A stretch of 64,000 nt of DNA from Leptogorgia sarmentosa (taxonomy: Eukaryota), in assembly GCA_964658305.1 (NCBI GenBank), contig OZ210885.1, positions 11,036,001-11,100,000 on the forward strand. Reading direction: 5' to 3'. The notes beneath the pieces are model-generated. The model did no database searches and was not told where the DNA came from. It saw only the letters and a list, made by a program, of their open reading frames with translations. The position numbers and the translations under genes were made by a program. Below are positions 58,791 through 64,000 of the stretch, piece after piece (positions within the stretch are counted from its first letter, which is position 1; every line of letters begins with the position of its first letter).

Positions 58791-61700
58791 AGTTGCTTTA
58801 ACAAGTGTGCTTCTCGTCTTTCCACTGTTTTACCCAATCAAGTTACTTTTTTGGAGAACAGGGTAAAAAAGGGTAAATAAAATGACATGGATATAAAAAG
58901 GCAGTTTTTCAAAATTACTTATACAACATCTTACTTGCGTTTCTTATAAAAACGAGCGCAGCAAACATGGCGATTAGAAATGTAAACATCTAGAAAGAAA
59001 ACAGAAAATACGAATATATCAGGATATGATTATTATAGCATCACGAAATGGGTAGTAAGAACAAGGTTTTGTGATTCCAAGTCGAGCTCAATTTGGCATA
59101 AGAAAATATACCCTGGTGTAATTGGCGTAATTAAGGGTTAGTATTCCAGACTTCATAGTATCCCAGATTCCGCGGTAATTTCTGAATTGCTTTCGAAGGG
59201 ACGTATGTTTCGATTACAGTTTTGACTTTCTTCGTAGTTTCAAGTTTCATAGTGATAAATTTTAAAAATGAGCGTTTAGCAAATATTTTGACTGTTACAC
59301 TGTTAGAATGTATGCCTTTTATATAATTCTTTATTAGATACATCGCTAGAAATGGCGGACATTGGAACGAACGCATACGTTGTCCCCTGTCTCCCGATTC
59401 ACTCGGATATTGAAATTTTATTAAAAACTATATGGTCATCCATTTATTACATGAACAATAAAAAGATAAATTTTATAGAGTTTAATTGCATTCAAAGACT
59501 CAATTTGTTTTTTAATTTCCCGCGTAATCCACGCAACCCGCGTGAAAGCCCTCATGTCTCTATCGTGTTAAATATACTCTCTAAATTCAGTAATTTTCTC
59601 GTTTCATCTGTCAACCGAAGCAGCAATTTCCTTGCGGTAAATTATCCCTATCTATCCTAGTTCAGGGATAGATAGGGATAATGGGGCTATACAATTGAGG
59701 GATGTATCGGGATTCCAATGCCCCAATTTCTGGCGATGATATATATATTTAGATGTTCTGTGGAAGTGTTGTTTATTGATACACAACAAAACATTAGAAA
59801 AAACATCACTTTCAATGCCCATAAAAGCGCCACAGCCAAAATTGCCGATTGGATTGATACTGTAGCCCGAAAGATAATGCCGCGAAAATGCCTCCCCCCC
59901 CCAAAGCTACGAATTATTTTGAAAACTTGACTTCGATACTGAATTAAATGTGCTGCACTATCCAATTCCCTTAAATTTTAGTAAAGTTTTGTAAAGATCA
60001 ACTTCGTAATAATGTATTTGCATTTTTTGAAATTAATTATTATGTATTTGCCTGTTTGTATGAATGTTTGTATGAATAGTTACTATGAAAGGAGAAAGAG
60101 TGCTTTTTTAGTTACATTTCGTTTGCTAATCTCATAATCCCCAACTCATTTGAATACCTGGGAAACGGAAAGCATCATAAATTGATGTCCTTCAGATAAT
60201 TCATTCAATTACGGGAATGCAATGCTATCAGCTGAAACTTTCCCCGTCTGTGAAATCAAGTACATGGCAATGAAGTAGCAGTGCATTTGATTTACTTTGT
60301 TTTTTTCGTAATAAGATAAGCATCTCCTATTAACTGCACGTTATGCCCTGCATGGCCGTAAAGTTTTTCAGAGTATAATATTTCCATAACAAAACAGGCG
60401 AACAAGTCATTCGGTCCTGTCTCAACAAGGAAGCCCTTGGAATAAACAATGGACAAGTTAATTAAAAAACTGGTTCCCATAAAGCATTATTCGAACAGTT
60501 ATGCTTGTTTGGCTTACTAAAGTCTGCAGTGTAGACAAATTTATTTGTGATAGACACTCCACACATGTCACTTTCCAACTTACTATACCAAAGGATAATA
60601 CCGTAAATAGAAAGCTCACTGACATTCCATTATATAGCCTATGCCTACATTCATACGTATTTAAACACATCAAGAAATCAAATTACCAACTCCAGGATAT
60701 CTTAGAACCTATATCTACATCCATTAATAGCCGAATGTCAGTATTTAAATCTGACAAAGGAAACTATTCAGGAAGAAGCACCGAATGTGCATTGGGACAT
60801 AGCAACTTCAGTCAAATCATACCACATGTAACACAACAATTCCCATCCAGGATAAAGAATATCTGTATACCGTAAACAAGAACGGTAAACTCAACCAAAC
60901 CTCAATCCAAGGAGGAGCTCAAACTTCATGAACACGTGAAAAACAAACTCAACAATTCAGCACCAAAAATTAGTTCAGCGTTTCTGAATCCGTCGCATCT
61001 TTAGCGACTTTCTCAAAATCGCAGCTGTTGGTCCATGTTTTGTAAGTGAGTATTATTATTATTATCTCCTTTACTATTTTGTATAATATCATTATTGAGT
61101 CCCCATGCAGATTGAGATAGTGAAATTACTCTTAATCTGAGGATTCACAAAATTAATTCGCCAATGCTAATTAATTTTTTTTTCCGTAACTAACCTTTGC
61201 GTACTGTTGAGTATCCTATGTATAGTCCACAAACTGCGCAAGTGAAGATTAACACACGATTTCTTTGCCCAACTTGAATAAACCACTGCTTGCACAAACT
61301 ACGTGTACGCATTACCTGTCAGGTAAAATTAATAGTTTCCCCATCTTTAAAATTCACGTAATTGTAATAGTAGACGCGTATTGACTCACAACATGTTTGT
61401 TTTATATGGATGAAAGATTTTTTTAATTAAAATTTGTCATTTTTTAATCCATGCATTTAATCCATGCATGGATTTTGTTAATCCAAAAGACAAGCTGTCT
61501 ATCCTGGCCTAGGCTTCATATTTACACAGCTAATTCAACTGAGGTTTTCACGTGAACGTTAAAACTCTAAACTTCAAAACTTCGAAATCATAGCTCAAAT
61601 AGCTAGGAATCTTGAAATACAATATTCCATAACCTAGCTTAGCTACCTAAGTTAAAATTGTTAATAAACACGAAATAAAAATAATTCAGTATTACTTTGG

Positions 61701-62529
61701 AGCTCGAAGCTCTTAGTTTTGAATTTTAACCTTTGGCTTTCAGAGAACAACATTAATTCAGTTACCTGCATTGTACATTGTGAAACGTCACATACAAAAA
61801 TGGATAGGATTTCTTTTATTAAACATTCAAAGCAGGGGATAAATAAGAGTTACGCTTTTAATATAAATCATTAATCAAAACCCGTTAAAATGCTTTTGAG
61901 AATTAGCAACGAAGTTATCATATTGGGAGTAATTGGACAGTATTGCCATACTGTCCAAAAGTAGAAATATCCTCGAACTTTTGCAATGTCAGTTTATTCA
62001 TTTGGGGGTCAGTTGTTCGAAAGCAGATATAATGCGAATGCGGATACAATTCTATCGCACGCATACTCAGCTACCAGCTACCAACATTCGGCGACGAGTT
62101 AAAGCTGATCTCACTTGAGTGTAAGCGCATGCATTAGGGTTCAGCTTACAGCTGTCACACATCGAAATTTCCAGGTAATAATTATTAAGAATATAAAATA
62201 GAAAAATTAAAGATCAGGAATGGTCCCGATCTTGACATTTCGTGAACCGCCTAGAAAAAGGAATTATATCATTTTTTACTTTTTGCTTTGCCGTTTTTAA
62301 GATGCGTTTTTATCAATTTTGTGACGTTTATGTATTCATTTGAGCTATTATACTATTGCGTGATTTCTGCGTATGCATCTTCGCAACCTTTCACAGAGGA
62401 GGAGCTTTTGCTCCACCGAACCAGGGACGTGTTTGGTGATTATTCAGGCGTCGTGCCGGTATCATTGATGGTATCGAAAAATTCTGTAATGTACTTCGTA
62501 CTGAGCAAGAAAAAAATGGGATTAATATT

Positions 62530-62601
62530 GCCGTGATAGTATAGTGGTTGGTACCTTGCGTTGTGGCCGCAATAACCCAGGTTCGAATCCTGGTCACGGC
62601 A
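62530..62601 (+). tRNA. tRNA-His: tRNA-His(GTG)
   Basis: gccgtga acceptor stem, anticodon arm ttgcg-ttGTGgc-cgcaa, T-arm ccagg-ttcgaat-cctgg. Confidence 0.92.
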
Positions 62602-62768
62602 TCTGTTTCAAACACCAAAAAGTATTGTAATCACCATTGCGGACATCGTCACCGTTGAAGTTGCGTTTATTATTGCCGTTGGATGTGGCCTTGGCCAAAA
62701 AACAGATTTCGACCAAAATAATATCCGTTATTTTTATATTTCTTTTCCGAAGCTTTTCAATAGTATCA

Positions 62769-62842
62769 GTCTTTGTGGCGCAATCGGTTAGCGCGATCGG
62801 CTGTTAACCGAAAGGCTGTTGGTTCGAGTCCAACCAGGGACG
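62769..62842 (+). tRNA. tRNA-Asn: tRNA-Asn(GTT)
   Basis: gtctttgtggcgcaatcggttagcgcg..tcgg-ctGTTaa-ccga..gttggttcgagtccaac-cagggacg. Confidence 0.9.
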
Positions 62843-62950
62843 TGTTTGGTGTGATGTTATACAGATGGCGTGACAGTAAATGTTATCGAATCTTTTGCGC
62901 GGGGTTTTGTAAGCTTTCAAAAAAGAGAACGTCTTGGTTTATAATTAAAT

Positions 62951-63022
62951 GGGCTTGCACGGGAATCGAACCCGTGACCTCTCACACCCAAAGCGAGAAT
63001 CATAACACTAGACCAGCAAGCC
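62951..63022 (-). tRNA. tRNA-Pro: tRNA-Pro(TGG)
   Basis: Reverse complement ggcttgctggtctagtgttatgattctcgc-ttTGGgt-gtgagaggtcacgggttcgattcccgtgcaagccc. The D-loop GG is altered to GT. Confidence 0.82.
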
Positions 63023-63474
63023 ATTCATGATATCAAAAAGTTCTCTAATGTACTTTGTACTGACGAATAAAAATCTGGGATTAATGTAATATCTCGGCAG
63101 AGCCTTTATCAAACAGGCGAATTAAAACATTGTATAAGGTAGTGAAAGAAATAATCGAGGACGATCAATAGGTGCGAAGGTGAATTTCTTATTTTAGTTA
63201 CAAAAGCGATACTGTGTTATAGAAGTTCTTGAACGAAGGAAATTAGAAACGATTGAAAAATTATAGAAACCAATGCAAAAAGTCTGTCCATCATGAAATA
63301 GTTTGTGGGAATCAAATAGTTTTGGGCAAAGGAGGATGATACCATAAAATATCAATTTTACTCTTGTTCAACCATGGATATAATTACGAGTTTTTCCATA
63401 TTTGGTTCAAAGCCTTCAGCTTGTGAAACTTATATCAGCTCAATAAACGAATACAGCCATGAACAACGAAAATT

Positions 63475-63555
63475 TGGCAGCGGTGGGATTCGAACCAGGT
63501 CATCAAAATGATTGGCACCTGAAACCAGCGCCTTAGACCACTCGGCCACGCTACC
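63475..63555 (-). tRNA. tRNA-Leu: tRNA-Leu(CAG), possibly a pseudogene
   Basis: Reverse complement ggtagcgtggccgagtggtctaaggcgctggt-ttCAGgt-gccaa..ttcgaatcccaccgctgcca with a long variable arm. The T-stem and anticodon stem have mismatches. Confidence 0.7.
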
Positions 63556-63683
63556 TGTGACGAGTTGGATACATGATTCGTATTCAGTAAATATCCACGT
63601 CCGCCATTGAAGAGTGTTGCTTTTGCTGTGAAAGTAAGGAAGAAACGTTAAAGAATTGGGAAACTTTGTCAAGATTGTGTTAA

Positions 63684-63755
63684 GGTTCTGTGGTGTAATG
63701 GTTAGCACTTTGGACTTTGAATCCAGCGATCCGAGTTCAAGTCTCGGCAGAACCT
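63684..63755 (+). tRNA. tRNA-Gln: tRNA-Gln(TTG)
   Basis: ggttctgtggtgtaatggttagcact-ttgga-ctTTGaa-tccag..ccgag-ttcaagt-ctcgg-cagaacct. Confidence 0.92.
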
Positions 63756-64000
63756 ATTATGACATTTGAATATTTTACAAATGCTGCGAATTTTATTACC
63801 TTTCTCTTCCGCCTTCGTTTTTTTAATCAAGAGTTAATTGAAACAAATTGATCCAAGAACGAAATTAATGCGAACGGGAGCTTGTAAAATTAATTCCTAA
63901 AGGGATATTCTGTTAAAAGCTCATTTTCCCAATAAAATTATAAAGAGTAAAAATCAAAAATTTACAAAGCAATGCAAAAACTCTGTCCCCAATCAAATAG

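Noticed and set aside
58935..58968. Candidate first exon MFAALVFIRNA|gtaag for the receptor gene
   Set aside because: Phase-compatible but too short for a convincing signal peptide, and other donors exist at about 55925 and 56279; cannot be chosen without transcripts.
60290..61040. Possible decayed coding or TE relic
   Set aside because: No motif or terminal structure that I could identify with confidence.
1..64000. CRISPR array, rRNA or prokaryotic operon structure
   Set aside because: No regularly spaced repeat-spacer array or rRNA-like sequence; spliceosomal introns and animal TE families show this is eukaryotic nuclear DNA.

Overview
AT-rich, intron-containing animal genomic DNA; the gene and transposon repertoire suggests a cnidarian such as an octocoral, but that is inference. 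Three host genes can be assembled from GT-AG exons with matching phases. (1) A + strand gene, open at the window start, encodes a death-effector-like domain fused to a Pirh2/RCHY1-type CHY-CTCHY-RING-H2 module (1-4386). (2) A - strand three-exon gene (26922-10161, 634 aa) encodes a HEPN domain, an IRE1/RNase L-type kinase and a KEN ribonuclease. (3) A - strand type I membrane protein has two YWTD-like propellers, four EGF repeats and a tail with ITIM/ITSM-like motifs (55783-48104, 5' end unresolved). The rest is dense, often nested mobile DNA: an apparently intact Harbinger, a degenerate DIRS retrotransposon, Penelope-like elements with four hammerhead ribozymes at (TA)n tracts, a 5'-truncated L2/CR1-group LINE, a solo LTR and many MITEs. 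MITEs with three unrelated TIR/TSD types share one tRNA-like plus telomere-like core. Five tRNA genes lie at the right end. The best candidate for an undescribed system is the dual-RNase HEPN-kinase-KEN gene, which has kappaB-like sites upstream. All calls were made by eye from motifs; no searches were run.
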